A stretch of DNA of 63,142 nt, the filler included, from Candidatus Rokuibacteriota bacterium (GTDB lineage: Bacteria; JAUVQV01; DATDCY01): NCBI GenBank assembly GCA_031406795.1. It is 5 parts of 5 records of this genome, joined end to end, with 100 filler letters (N's around TTAATTAATTAA, not from the genome) between each part and the next. Parts side by side here need not be neighbours in the genome. Positions count along the whole stretch, not along the records: positions 1 to 20,474 come from JANOHV010000021.1; 4 more parts are not named here. The stretch is one strand, 5' to 3'. Under the pieces are notes generated by a model. The model worked only from the letters and a program-made list of their open reading frames with translations, searched no databases and was not told where the DNA came from. Both the position numbers and the translations under genes were made by a program. Below, one piece after another: positions 9,001 through 16,811 of the stretch. The first letter of the stretch is position 1; every line of letters starts with the position of its first letter.

Positions 9001-10732
9001 CCGCGATGTCCGGCAGGCGCCAGCGGGCCCCATACCGCGCCACAGCCGGGTCGCACCCCGTTCCGATCATCACGCCGGCACGATCGGGCTGCGGCAGGAC
9101 GATCGCGGCCAGCGCCTCCCGCGCCGCCGCCATGACCCAGGTCTGCTGCGGCAGGGCGAACGCCAGATCGTTCGGCGGGAAGCGCGTGCCGACCACCGGG
9201 AGGCAGATCGTTGTGGCGCGATGGGTCGCCGGGCCGTCCGCGGCAAAGAGCGCGGCGGCGAAATCCGCCGCCGATCTCCCCGCGCCGACCGCGGCGCCAA
9301 TCCCCACCACGGCGATCGGTACGTCAGCCGCGGGAGCCACGCGGCGGGGCGGCGCGGAGCGGAAGTCTCCGGAGGAGGAGTCAGGCGAGGCGCTTGAAAG
9401 AGCTCCGGCGGCGCATCGCCCCCCCGCGCTGCGATCGCCGGGTTCCTCGACGATCAGATGGGCGTTGGCGCCCCCGAACCCGAAGGCGCTCACGGCTCCC
9501 CGCCGCATGCCGCGGCACACCCAGGGCTCCGCCTCGCGCAGCAGCCGCAGCGGCGTGCCCGCCAGTTGCGCCAGCGGGTCGTCGGCGTGAAGGGTGGGCG
9601 GCCGCACGCCCGCGGCGATGGCGCCGATGAGTTTGAGCAGGCCCGCGATGCCCGCGGCGGTCACGGCGTGGCCGAAGTTCGACTTGAGCGAACCGACGGG
9701 GAGGTCCGCCACGCCGGCGAAAACACGCGCCGTGCTGCACACCTCGACGGCGTCCCCGACCGCCGTCCCGGTGGCGTGGCACTCGAGCAGGGAGACGTCG
9801 GCCGGCAGCAGGCCCGCCGCCGCGTAGGCCGCTCGCAGCGCGCGCTCCTGGCCCTCCTCGGCCGGCGCCAGAAGACCGCGGCCCCGTCCGTCGTTGGAGA
9901 GCCCGATGCCCCGGATCACCCCGTAGACCCGGTCGCCCGCGGCCTGCGCGTCCTCGAGGCGCTTGAGGGCGACCGCACCCGCCCCTTCGGCCGGGAGCAG
10001 ACCGTCGGCCTCGCGGTGGAACGGCCGGCTGCGCCCGCTGCGGCTGAGCGCCTGCAGCGCGGTGAAGCCGACGTGGATGAAGAGATCGTCCGCGGCGTTG
10101 ACCGCCCCGGCCAGCGCCACATCTGCCCGCCGGTCGTGCAGCAGATCGCACGCGAGTTTGATCGCATAAAGCGAAGAGGCGCAGGCGGCGTCGATCGCGA
10201 ACCCCGGCCCCAACCCGAGCGCACGCGCGACGAGCTGGACCGGCAACCCGGACAAGAAGCGGTTGCGGGCGTCGACCGGTCCGATCCCGGCGGCGGCGGC
10301 GAGCGCGGGGCCCAGCCAGATCCGCTCGGCGAACCGGGCAAACGCGGCGGACGGAAAGGAAAGATTGCCGAAGACCGCCGCGACGCGCGGCCCGCCCTCC
10401 ACGCCGGCCTCGCGCAGCGCCTCCCGCGAAACGTGCAGAAGCCAGCGCGCCAGGGGGTCGAGCCGCTGCACCTGCTCCGCCGGCAGCGCGAACCCCGCAG
10501 GATCGAATAGGGCATCGAAGCCCGCGACATAGCCGCCGCGATCAGTGCAGACGGCGTCCAGGCCGGAGTCGGCGCCGCCGAAGAGCAGTTCGCGGCGCAC
10601 CCGCCAGCGGCCCCGCGGGGCGCTGGAGACGAGATCGTCGCCCGCGAGCACCCGCTCCCAGAGCGCGCCGGGACTCAGCGCGCCGGGCAGCACGCAGGCC
10701 CGACCGACGATCGCGATCGGGGGGAAGCTCAC
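3041..10732 (-). CDS. pfa3: PUFA-synthase subunit Pfa3 (PfaBC-like): KS-CLF-four FabA-like DH/pseudo-DH-PKS-type DH-AGPAT acyltransferase
   Basis: Probable GTG start at 10732 overlaps the pfa2 stop (GTGA). KS motifs DAACASS/HATGT/GHAVTAAG; CLF with Cys replaced (AEELSG); FabA motifs GHFTNDPCMPG and AHFFQDPVQPG; PKS-DH HDHRPTWTVPALP; C-terminal LYLANHQVGIES, HVEGTR, VIPVRF. About 2563 aa. Confidence 0.92.
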   Translation of the reverse strand: MSFPPIAIVGRACVLPGALSPGALWERVLAGDDLVSSAPRGRWRVRRELLFGGADSGLDAVCTDRGGYVAGFDALFDPAGFALPAEQVQRLDPLARWLLHVSREALREAGVEGGPRVAAVFGNLSFPSAAFARFAERIWLGPALAAAAGIGPVDARNRFLSGLPVQLVARALGLGPGFAIDAACASSLYAIKLACDLLHDRRADVALAGAVNAADDLFIHVGFTALQALSRSGRSRPFHREADGLLPAEGAGAVALKRLEDAQAAGDRVYGVIRGIGLSNDGRGRGLLAPAEEGQERALRAAYAAAGLLPADVSLLECHATGTAVGDAVEVCSTARVFAGVADLPVGSLKSNFGHAVTAAGIAGLLKLIGAIAAGVRPPTLHADDPLAQLAGTPLRLLREAEPWVCRGMRRGAVSAFGFGGANAHLIVEEPGDRSAGGRCAAGALSSASPDSSSGDFRSAPPRRVAPAADVPIAVVGIGAAVGAGRSAADFAAALFAADGPATHRATTICLPVVGTRFPPNDLAFALPQQTWVMAAAREALAAIVLPQPDRAGVMIGTGCDPAVARYGARWRLPDIAAAAGVTDEVWIRRAADLLSPPLAGAGVLGTMPNLPANRLNVQFNLTGPGFTISAEELSGVRALQVGLRALRAGELDLVLAGAADFSCDPVHEAAARELGLHGPHGDGAVVLALKRLTDAHRDGERVLALIDEVTEADESEEPAGVAADDLGEVEVAARFGRAHAAFGLVRVLAAVIACAAGRRPGGAAWPGDRRVRLEITALGGQLVRVGVRAAQTAEVALPGAAQSTETAASYPAHLLEPVLPPLPVAPFALPLAPVREPVTAFEAWRSSGDRPAGATQPPAPRRSAADGRDAAAPVASAAASPAPSASGDAAGRAPEARAQIAAQVAQAARVHRAVLDTQAAAHQQFLAFRERAAATLLAAASTGMSDHPSGGVAGRTPQPERSTGGILFGRSALQIHASGRISQVFGPAFADQDNLRRRVRMPEPPLLLADRVVRLEAEPLSLGNGTVVTETDIAAAAWYLHQGRMPAGIMVEAGQADLLLVSWLGVDALNRGERVYRLLGCELMYHGGLPVVGETLRYVIGVDGHAQQGAVRLFFFHSSCTVAGTPRLTVRDGQAGFFTEEELAASAGVLWNPLTAERREDARVDPPPVSAGRTRLSREQLEAFAAGRADECFGPGFAAAAAHTRTPGIPGGPMLLLEEVTRIDVAGGPWGRGYLRAVDRIAPADWFFAGHFTNDPCMPGTLMFEAGLQAMAVYLAALGFTLERDGWRFEPVPEEPYRIRCRGQVTPASRELVYEVFVEELTAGPEPTLFADILCTVDGLKAFHCRRMGLRLVPGWPLDSQRELLAGLVDAGVAASEGALRFDGRSLLACAWGRPSAAFGPAYAAFDGVRRLARLPGPPYQFMSRVTHLEGAMGGMGEGSAVEVEYDIPADAWYFAANGARSMPFAVLLEAALQPCGWLATWAGSPLTSERDLSFRNLDGDGRLLAEVLPGDGTLRTRAVLTRISRSAGMLIESFHVECSIGERRVYELETVFGYFPAEALARQVGIPAAAGEREALEEQRPTSIDPLAGRREGAGEGPRMADAPLLMLDRVTGVWPTGSPAGLGRYRAESAVDPASWFFKAHFFQDPVQPGSLGLEAMLQLLQFAMLDAGLAECPGGAVRFEPLALGERHSWKYRGQVLPRNRRVITLLDLTRTGSDERGPIAVADASLWVDGTKIYEARGLSMRIVRDALSALEEPAAGVSAGDEELLDPAVDAWLHDHRPTWTVPALPLMSMVDRLARAAASRAPGMRVVAVEDARALRWVPVTGPLRLKSEVVPQGAGVFDVTLLAWRETANDALSRFEPVATGQVFLAPKYGTSAVDPDCNIVPPTASEDDRGEGVARRGGLQRGSEARPMEVRSDHPSGGVAGRTPQPGRERQDAPGTECTPDAAWDPPANASPAPDPYASGTLFHGSSFQLLRDLLLAPGASSSLLDAAAGGARRGLLHEALLDALTHGIPHDRLCDWSPEIPADRVAYPHRIVSLRLFAPLPDAGEVRCETRFAGFDGEARFPRFLIQAIAGGRVLACLELVEVLFPKGALGSAPPGARRAFLRDRCYVPGLRLSREEAGKTRLAAADVRASDWLPGTLADAYAAGDDLLGRIAVKEHVGARAAVHPSIVTVDLRADCAGAPEHEVAAGRQIARCPSEPLAVWPLSVERTASAIAVSDAGPAILDFAPVRDWWDGYYRIGRWPVEDIYFGLAGRFVRRVRLEDPTGFAALRGRGVLYLANHQVGIESILFSLIASALSGVLTVTLAKIEHRTTWLGNLIRHAFAWPGAHDPGVITYFDRSNREELPRIIGVLAREIAGGGKSVMVHVEGTRALTCRAPVQKMSGAFLDMAIATGAPVIPVRFAGGLPVDPLAAKLEYPAGMGGQQITFGTAILPVELAALPYKERKERVIAAINGLGRAAAEEAPLAPDPGFEAVVREWTAHTGASPEHAALFETLRRLASPGEEISSLLAGARAGCLVVRDDERGRWLAELARRLYGPRGPAVTVAGDEPCGA
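4927..4972. repeat. 46-bp hairpin-containing repeat, copy 1, inside pfa3 coding sequence
   Basis: CAGGCTGCGGGGTCCTGCCTGCCACCCCGCCGCTGGGGTGGTCGCT, identical to 7852-7897; contains the stem CCACCCC/GGGGTGG. Confidence 0.9.
7852..7897. repeat. 46-bp hairpin-containing repeat, copy 2, inside pfa3 coding sequence
   Basis: Identical to 4927-4972; both copies translate as SDHPSGGVAGRTPQP in Pfa3. Confidence 0.9.
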
Positions 10733-13700
10733 CGCAGGGACGGGGTGGGGAGGAATCCCGGCCGTCGATGCAGCTCGACCCGGCGCAGCTCCGCCACGAG
10801 CTCGCCCCCCGCCGTCACGAAGGAGATGTCGCAGACAACCCGGTCGGCGCCGAGAACCGTGCCGCGCAGGCGGCAGCAGACCTCGCCCGCATCCCAACGC
10901 GCGCGATAGGCGTGATAGGCCCCGACCGCGGTCGGGAGCGAACGCCCGCCGATGACGTGGCCGCTCCAGAGCAGCGCCAGCTGCAAACCGCCGTCGAGCA
11001 GCGCCGCGGCGGTGGTCCAGGAACCGCGCCACCCGCCGGCGAGCGCGCCGTCGAGCAGGGCGACCGCCCCCTCCGGCGAGATCCCCTCGACGGCGCGAAT
11101 CACCTGGAACTGCGGGCCGTGGAAGAGTTCGACCCCGTAGGTCGCGCGCGCGTACCGCTCCAGCCCGGCCGGGGCGGGGGGAGCGTCACCGTCGGGCAGC
11201 GATCCGGAGAACTCCGCGGCGGCGGTGTAGTGCAGCGTGCCGTCGGCGCCCCGCAGCTCCAGCTCCATCCGACCGTCCCCGTTCTCGCGGCAGACGACGG
11301 TGAAGGGGTCGCCGCCGTTGCTGTAACGGCAGAGGCGCGCGCCCTGCATCACGCGCACGTCTCTGCAGACGGTCAGCTCCAGGCCCGGCCGGGCGGCGCG
11401 CGCGGCCCGCGCGAACCACTCCAGCGCCATCACCACGGGCAGCACGGGAACGTCGTCGATCGCGTGGTCGACGAGGAACGGGTGCGACGCGGCGGTCACC
11501 ACCACTTCGAGGTCGCGACGCCGCCCCTCGACGACGCCGGACGGGGATGCCTCAATGAGAATCTCGCGGAAGCCCGGAGCGGCCCGCAGCGCCTCCTCGG
11601 CGAACGCCGCGGCCCCGGCGCCCAGCGGAATCAGCCCGGCACCGAGCGCGAGGAAGTGCGCGCGCAGGGCGGGCGTGACCATCCCGCCGTCCCAGGGGCC
11701 CCAGTCCAGCGCGAGCACGGCGCAGCCGCCGCCGCGCCGCCGCGCCTCCCGTGCCCCCGCCGCGACGAGCGTCTCGTTGGCGGCGGCGTAGTCGCACTGT
11801 CCCGGGTTGCCGCGCCGCCCGGCCACCGAACCGAAGAGCGCGATGCAGCGCAGCGGATCGTTGGCGGTGGCATCGAGAAGCGCCCGCAGGCCGCCGGTCT
11901 TGGTCTCGTGCACGAGGTCGAACTGCACGTCGGTCTTGTCGGCGATCAGTCGATCGGCCAGCCGGCCCGCGCCGTGGATCAGCGCGGTGATCGGGCCGAA
12001 AGCCGCGCGCGCCTCGGCCAGCGCCGGTATCAGCGCGGCGCCGTCCCGGATGTCGACCCCCACGTAGCGACCCTCGGCGCCCGCGGCGCGCAATGCCTCG
12101 AGGGTGGCGCGCACTTCGCGCGCCGCGAGAAGGGCGCGCGCCTGCGCGGCGACCCGCGACGGCGCGAGCGCCTTCGCGGAGGCGCGGGCGGTCTCGGCCA
12201 GGGCCCGCGTCAGCGAGACCTCGTCCCGCAATTCCGCGAGCCCGGCGGGCTCCTCGAGAAGCGGCGTCGAGCCCAGCAGGATGAATCGGCCGCGCGTTTC
12301 CCGCGCCAGGGCGATCACGCACGCGGCGGTGACGCCGCGCCCGCCGCCCGCCGCCAGGACCACGGGGTGTTCGCCGAGCGCGGCCGCCGGCTGCGCCGCC
12401 TCGCCGCCGCGTGGCAGGCTCACCAGGGTCAGGCGTTCCCCGGCGGTGGTCAGGCCGACTTCCCGTTCGCTCCCGCCCTCGTGCAACTCGGCGACGATGG
12501 CGGCGGCAAGCAGCGCGGCGGACCGGCTCCCGGCCGCAAGGTCGATGGTCTTCACCGAAGCCCGGGGCCACTCCAGCGCCGCGGTCTTCGCGATGCCGGC
12601 GATCCCGGCCAGCCAGGCGCGCTCTCCGCCGGAGCGGCCGAAGTCGCCCCCTGAATCGTGCACGGTGACGAACACGCCGCCGCGCCGGGCGAATGCGCCG
12701 GCCACCGCGCGCGCGGCCCGAAAGACCTTTCGCACGGCGATCCCGGCGGCATTGGCGTCGCCGTCTCCCCCGAGGCCGGCCAGAACGATGACGGCCTCGG
12801 CCTCGGGTGGCGGCTCCTCGACCGGTATGGCGCGCGTCCCGAGCCGGGCGGCAAGTTCCCGGGCGACGCCGCCGCCGTCGCCGACGATGTGGATCAGCCG
12901 GCATGCGGCGAGGCCGGCGAGGCCGAGCCCGGGAGCGGGTGTCGCGACAGTCTCCACGGTGAAGCGCTCCAGGCGGGGTTCAGCCGGATCCCCCGGGCAC
13001 GTCGAGGCGGCGGCGGGACCGGATGGGGCGAGGAGTGCGGGCGCGGGTCCCCCGGGACAGCTCTCGCGCTGCCGCAGGTGATCGAGGATGTCGCCGAGCG
13101 TGCGCAGTTCGCCCACCGCGGCGGGAGCGACTTGCGCCCCGCCCGGGAGTCGCTCCTCCAGCGCCGAGAGGATCTCGATCCGCTTGATCGAGTCGATGCC
13201 GAGGTCCGCCTCCAGCCCCATGCCCAACGTCAGCAGTTCCGCCGGGTAGCCGGTCTTCTCCGCGACCACCCCGAGCAGCAGCGCCGCCAGGTCGAGCGTC
13301 TCGGGCGGCGCGGCGCCCCCGGAGCCGACGCCCTCGAGGCGGGCGACGATGTCGCCGAGCGTCCGCATTTCGCTCAGCGCCGCCGGCTCGAGCTGGGCCA
13401 GTGCGGGGAGGCGCTCTTCCAGCGCCGCGAGGATTTCGACCCGCTTGACCGAATCGATGCCGAGGTCCGCCTCCAACGCCATCTCCGACCGCAGCAGATC
13501 GACCGGGTAGCCGGTCTTCTCGGCCACCACGACGAGGAGCACGGCAAGGATTCCTGCGACGTTCCTCGCGGACGGATCGGCCGCGGCGGCCGTCTCCGGG
13601 ATCGCACACGGTACCGTGGGAGCGGGCGCAGATGCTCCGGGACACCGCGGCCCGGACGAGGATGGATCGCTCCACGCGTGCAGAACCGGTTTCAGTTCGG

Positions 13701-16700
13701 CCGGCAACCCGAAATCCGCCGCAGGCAGCCCGGCGGCCTGCGCCAGCGAGGCGCAGGAGCGCTCCACCGACTGCAGGAAAGCCAGATGGGTCCGGGTCGT
13801 CGTCTCCTGCCAGGCCAGGTGCGCCTCGGCGGTCTCACGCTGCAATTCTCGATACGCCGCGAGCCAGGTTCCCTCGTCGCCCCGCGACGCGGCTGCCGCC
13901 CCCCCCCCAGCAGCCGGAACGGCAAGCTCGGCGTTCGGCGGCGGCAGGGCCGCAGCGCCGCCCGCGGGCGGATACGGCTTGCCGTAGTTCGTCCCGCAGA
14001 TATCGATGGCGGCCGCGGGGCGGCGCAGTTCCCGCGGGTCCGGCTGGGGCAGAAAGGACTCCCAGAGCGGCGCCAGGTCCAGCTCGTGTCCCGCCGCGTA
14101 GAGAAGCGCGAGGCCGCGGTGAAACGCCGTGGCGGCGTCGCTGCCGCGCGCGTCGAGATTGATCGCGCGATGGGGCCGGCCGGCCAGGATCTTCCCGACG
14201 AGTCCCGTCAGCACCGCCCCGGGTCCGAGTTCGACGAAAGTCCGCGCGCCGAGCGCATACATCGCCTCGATCTGCTCGACGAACCGCACCGGCCGGGCGA
14301 ATTGCGCCGCGAGCAGCCGGCGCATCGAAGCCGGGTCTGCGGGATACGGCGCGGCCTCCGCATTGGAGAAGACGGGGACCGAAGCGGGCCCGAAGGGGAC
14401 CGACGCCAGGTACTGCTCGAAGTCGCCTGCCGCGTCCGCCACCAGCGGCGAATGGAAGGCCGTGGCGACGGGCAGCCGCAGCGACGGCAGCCCCTCGGCC
14501 CGCAGGTGCGTCTCGAACCGGCCGACCGCGTCCGCCGGGCCGGAGATCACGACCTGATCGGGGGCATTGTGGTTGGCAAACGTGACTTCGGGGTGCCCGG
14601 CGAGCAGCGCACGCACCTGCTCGGCGGAGGCCCGCACCGCCGTCATCGCCCCCGGCGTGCGCGCGGCGCCCGCCATCAGCTCGCCTCGGCGCCGGGCCAC
14701 GTCGAGCATCGCCGGCGCGGTGAAGACCCCCGCCGCGTGCAGGGCGACGACTTCGCCGAAGGAGTGCCCGCCGACGCACCCCGGCCGCACTCCCGCGGCG
14801 GAAAGCAGTTTCAACTGCGCCAGGGCCGCGGCGGCGAGGCCCGGCTGGGCCCACTGCGTGAGCCGCAGCCGCTCCTCCTGACGCGAACGCTCCTCGTCGG
14901 TGAACGCCGGCGGCGGGAACACCACCTGCTGCAGCCGCACCGGCCCGGCGATCGGTAGGTCGGCGGCCAGGTCCCACGCGGCCAGGGCCTCCGGCCAGAG
15001 CAGCGCGAGCCCGGTGCCCATCCCGACGTATTGGCTCCCCTGTCCCGCGAACAGGTAGGCCGGATCGCCCGCGGCTGGCCCGACGCCGATGTGGATGCCG
15101 GGCAGATCGATCGGCGCGTCGGGCGCCCGCTCCAGCGCCTCCGCCGCGGCCGCGAGCTTCGCCCTCAGGTCCTCCTCGTCGGCGGCGACGATCGCCAGAC
15201 GCACCCGCGGCACGCCGGCGAGCCCCTGCTGCGTCGCGCGGGCGAGCCAGGGGAGAAAACCGGCGCCGCCGACCTCGAGTTCGCGCAGCTCGCGCGCCAG
15301 ATCCCCGCACGACGCGGCCCCGAAGAGCACCAGCTCGGACGGGGCGACGCGGCGGCGCAGCGCCCGTGGCGCGGGCCCCCGGTACTCCTCGAGCGTCACG
15401 TGGAAGTTGCTGCCGCCGAACCCGAAGGAACTGACGGAGGCGCGCCGCGGGTGATCGCCGCCGCGGACCCAGGGGCGCGCCGCCGTGTTGAGGCAGAACG
15501 GGCTCTCGTCAATGGCGAGTTTCGGGTTCGGGCGGCTGACCTTGATCGTCGGCGGCAGCGCTCCGTGCTGCAGCGCCAGCACCGCCTTGAAGAGGCCCGC
15601 GGCTCCCGCCGCAGCCTTGGTGTGCCCGATCTGCGACTTGACCGAACCGAGCGAACACCACTGCCGGTCGGTCCGTCCCGACTCGTCGAAGACGGCGCGC
15701 AGCGCCTCGAACTCCGCCAGGTCCCCGGCCGTGGTGCCGGTCCCGTGCGCCTCGACCAGTTCGACCGTCTCGGGTCCGTAGCCGGCGGCCGCGTAGGCCC
15801 GCCGCAGGGCCAGCGCCTGCCCCTCGGCGCGCGGGGCGTAGACGCTCTTGGCGCGGCCGTCGGAGGAGCTGCCCAGGCCGCGCAGCACGGCGTAGATGCG
15901 GTCGCCGGCGGCCTCGGCGTCGTCCAGCCGCTTCAGAGCGACCATCGCCAGCCCCTCGCCGAGCAGCGTGCCGTCGGCCTCGTCGGAGAAGGGCCGGCAG
16001 TCGCCGGTGCGCGAGAGCGCGGGCGTCTTGCTGAAGCACAGGTACATGAAGATGTCGTTGAGCGTGTCGACCCCGCCGGTGATCACCAGGTCGGCCTGCC
16101 CGAGCGTCAGCTCGTTCACCGCCATCGACACCGCGGAGAAGGTGCTCGCGCACGCGGCGTCGGTGACGCAGTTGGTACCGCCGAGATCGAAGCGATTGGC
16201 GATGCGCCCGGCCACCACGTTGCCGAGCAGGCCGGGGAACGTGCTCTCCTGCCAGGGGACATAGCTAGCCGCGATCCGGTCGCAGATTCCGGCGACCTGC
16301 GACTCGGGGAGGCCGGCCTCGCGAAGCGCCTTGATCCAGACCGGGCGCTGCAACCGGCTGGCCATCGTGCTGAGCAGCTCCTGCCCCGAAGTGACGCCGA
16401 GGATCACGCCGATGCGCTCGCGCGGGAGCGCGGCGAACTGCCCGCGCGCGGCATCCTCGAGCACGCGCTGCGCCACGATCAGCGCGAGCAGCTGCACGGT
16501 GTCGGTCGCCGGGACGATGCTCGGCGGGACGCCGAAGCCGAGGGTATCGAAGGGCACCGGGTCGAGGAAGGCGCCGCGGCGCGCGTAGGTCTTGTCCGGC
16601 GCAGCCGGGTCCGGGTCGTAGTAGTCGTCGATGAGCCAGTGGCTCGGCGGGACGTCGCGGATCAGATCGCGGCCGGCGAGGATGTCGCGCCAGAACCCGG

Positions 16701-16779
16701 TCTCGTCGACGGAGCCCGGGAACAGCGCGCTGACGCCCACGATCGCGATCGGGACGCGGCGGTCGCGACGCTCGCTCAT
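10729..16779 (-). CDS. pfa2: PUFA-synthase subunit Pfa2 (PfaA-like): KS-MAT-ACPx2-KR-DH
   Basis: Probable ATG at 16779 (MSERRDRRVPIAIVG). KS TDAACAS/EAHGTGT/GHTKAAAG; MAT GHSFGE/AFHS; two ACPs LEADLGIDS(V/I)KR(V/I)EIL; KR GGGRGVT/YAAAN; DH HPFLVDHAIDDVPVLP/LLDGGLQ. About 2016 aa. Confidence 0.94.
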   Translation of the reverse strand: MSERRDRRVPIAIVGVSALFPGSVDETGFWRDILAGRDLIRDVPPSHWLIDDYYDPDPAAPDKTYARRGAFLDPVPFDTLGFGVPPSIVPATDTVQLLALIVAQRVLEDAARGQFAALPRERIGVILGVTSGQELLSTMASRLQRPVWIKALREAGLPESQVAGICDRIAASYVPWQESTFPGLLGNVVAGRIANRFDLGGTNCVTDAACASTFSAVSMAVNELTLGQADLVITGGVDTLNDIFMYLCFSKTPALSRTGDCRPFSDEADGTLLGEGLAMVALKRLDDAEAAGDRIYAVLRGLGSSSDGRAKSVYAPRAEGQALALRRAYAAAGYGPETVELVEAHGTGTTAGDLAEFEALRAVFDESGRTDRQWCSLGSVKSQIGHTKAAAGAAGLFKAVLALQHGALPPTIKVSRPNPKLAIDESPFCLNTAARPWVRGGDHPRRASVSSFGFGGSNFHVTLEEYRGPAPRALRRRVAPSELVLFGAASCGDLARELRELEVGGAGFLPWLARATQQGLAGVPRVRLAIVAADEEDLRAKLAAAAEALERAPDAPIDLPGIHIGVGPAAGDPAYLFAGQGSQYVGMGTGLALLWPEALAAWDLAADLPIAGPVRLQQVVFPPPAFTDEERSRQEERLRLTQWAQPGLAAAALAQLKLLSAAGVRPGCVGGHSFGEVVALHAAGVFTAPAMLDVARRRGELMAGAARTPGAMTAVRASAEQVRALLAGHPEVTFANHNAPDQVVISGPADAVGRFETHLRAEGLPSLRLPVATAFHSPLVADAAGDFEQYLASVPFGPASVPVFSNAEAAPYPADPASMRRLLAAQFARPVRFVEQIEAMYALGARTFVELGPGAVLTGLVGKILAGRPHRAINLDARGSDAATAFHRGLALLYAAGHELDLAPLWESFLPQPDPRELRRPAAAIDICGTNYGKPYPPAGGAAALPPPNAELAVPAAGGGAAAASRGDEGTWLAAYRELQRETAEAHLAWQETTTRTHLAFLQSVERSCASLAQAAGLPAADFGLPAELKPVLHAWSDPSSSGPRCPGASAPAPTVPCAIPETAAAADPSARNVAGILAVLLVVVAEKTGYPVDLLRSEMALEADLGIDSVKRVEILAALEERLPALAQLEPAALSEMRTLGDIVARLEGVGSGGAAPPETLDLAALLLGVVAEKTGYPAELLTLGMGLEADLGIDSIKRIEILSALEERLPGGAQVAPAAVGELRTLGDILDHLRQRESCPGGPAPALLAPSGPAAASTCPGDPAEPRLERFTVETVATPAPGLGLAGLAACRLIHIVGDGGGVARELAARLGTRAIPVEEPPPEAEAVIVLAGLGGDGDANAAGIAVRKVFRAARAVAGAFARRGGVFVTVHDSGGDFGRSGGERAWLAGIAGIAKTAALEWPRASVKTIDLAAGSRSAALLAAAIVAELHEGGSEREVGLTTAGERLTLVSLPRGGEAAQPAAALGEHPVVLAAGGGRGVTAACVIALARETRGRFILLGSTPLLEEPAGLAELRDEVSLTRALAETARASAKALAPSRVAAQARALLAAREVRATLEALRAAGAEGRYVGVDIRDGAALIPALAEARAAFGPITALIHGAGRLADRLIADKTDVQFDLVHETKTGGLRALLDATANDPLRCIALFGSVAGRRGNPGQCDYAAANETLVAAGAREARRRGGGCAVLALDWGPWDGGMVTPALRAHFLALGAGLIPLGAGAAAFAEEALRAAPGFREILIEASPSGVVEGRRRDLEVVVTAASHPFLVDHAIDDVPVLPVVMALEWFARAARAARPGLELTVCRDVRVMQGARLCRYSNGGDPFTVVCRENGDGRMELELRGADGTLHYTAAAEFSGSLPDGDAPPAPAGLERYARATYGVELFHGPQFQVIRAVEGISPEGAVALLDGALAGGWRGSWTTAAALLDGGLQLALLWSGHVIGGRSLPTAVGAYHAYRARWDAGEVCCRLRGTVLGADRVVCDISFVTAGGELVAELRRVELHRRPGFLPTPSLR

Positions 16780-16811
16780 GGGGCACCCCCGCCAGTGGAC
16801 CGGTTCATCGC

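Noticed and set aside
10733-11032. ORF-track N-terminal extension of Pfa3 (likewise Pfa2 at 16780-17091 and the radical SAM at 27087-27440)
   Set aside because: The extensions overlap neighbouring genes and are low-complexity Arg/Ala/Gly; better starts lie at 10732, 16779 and 27441.
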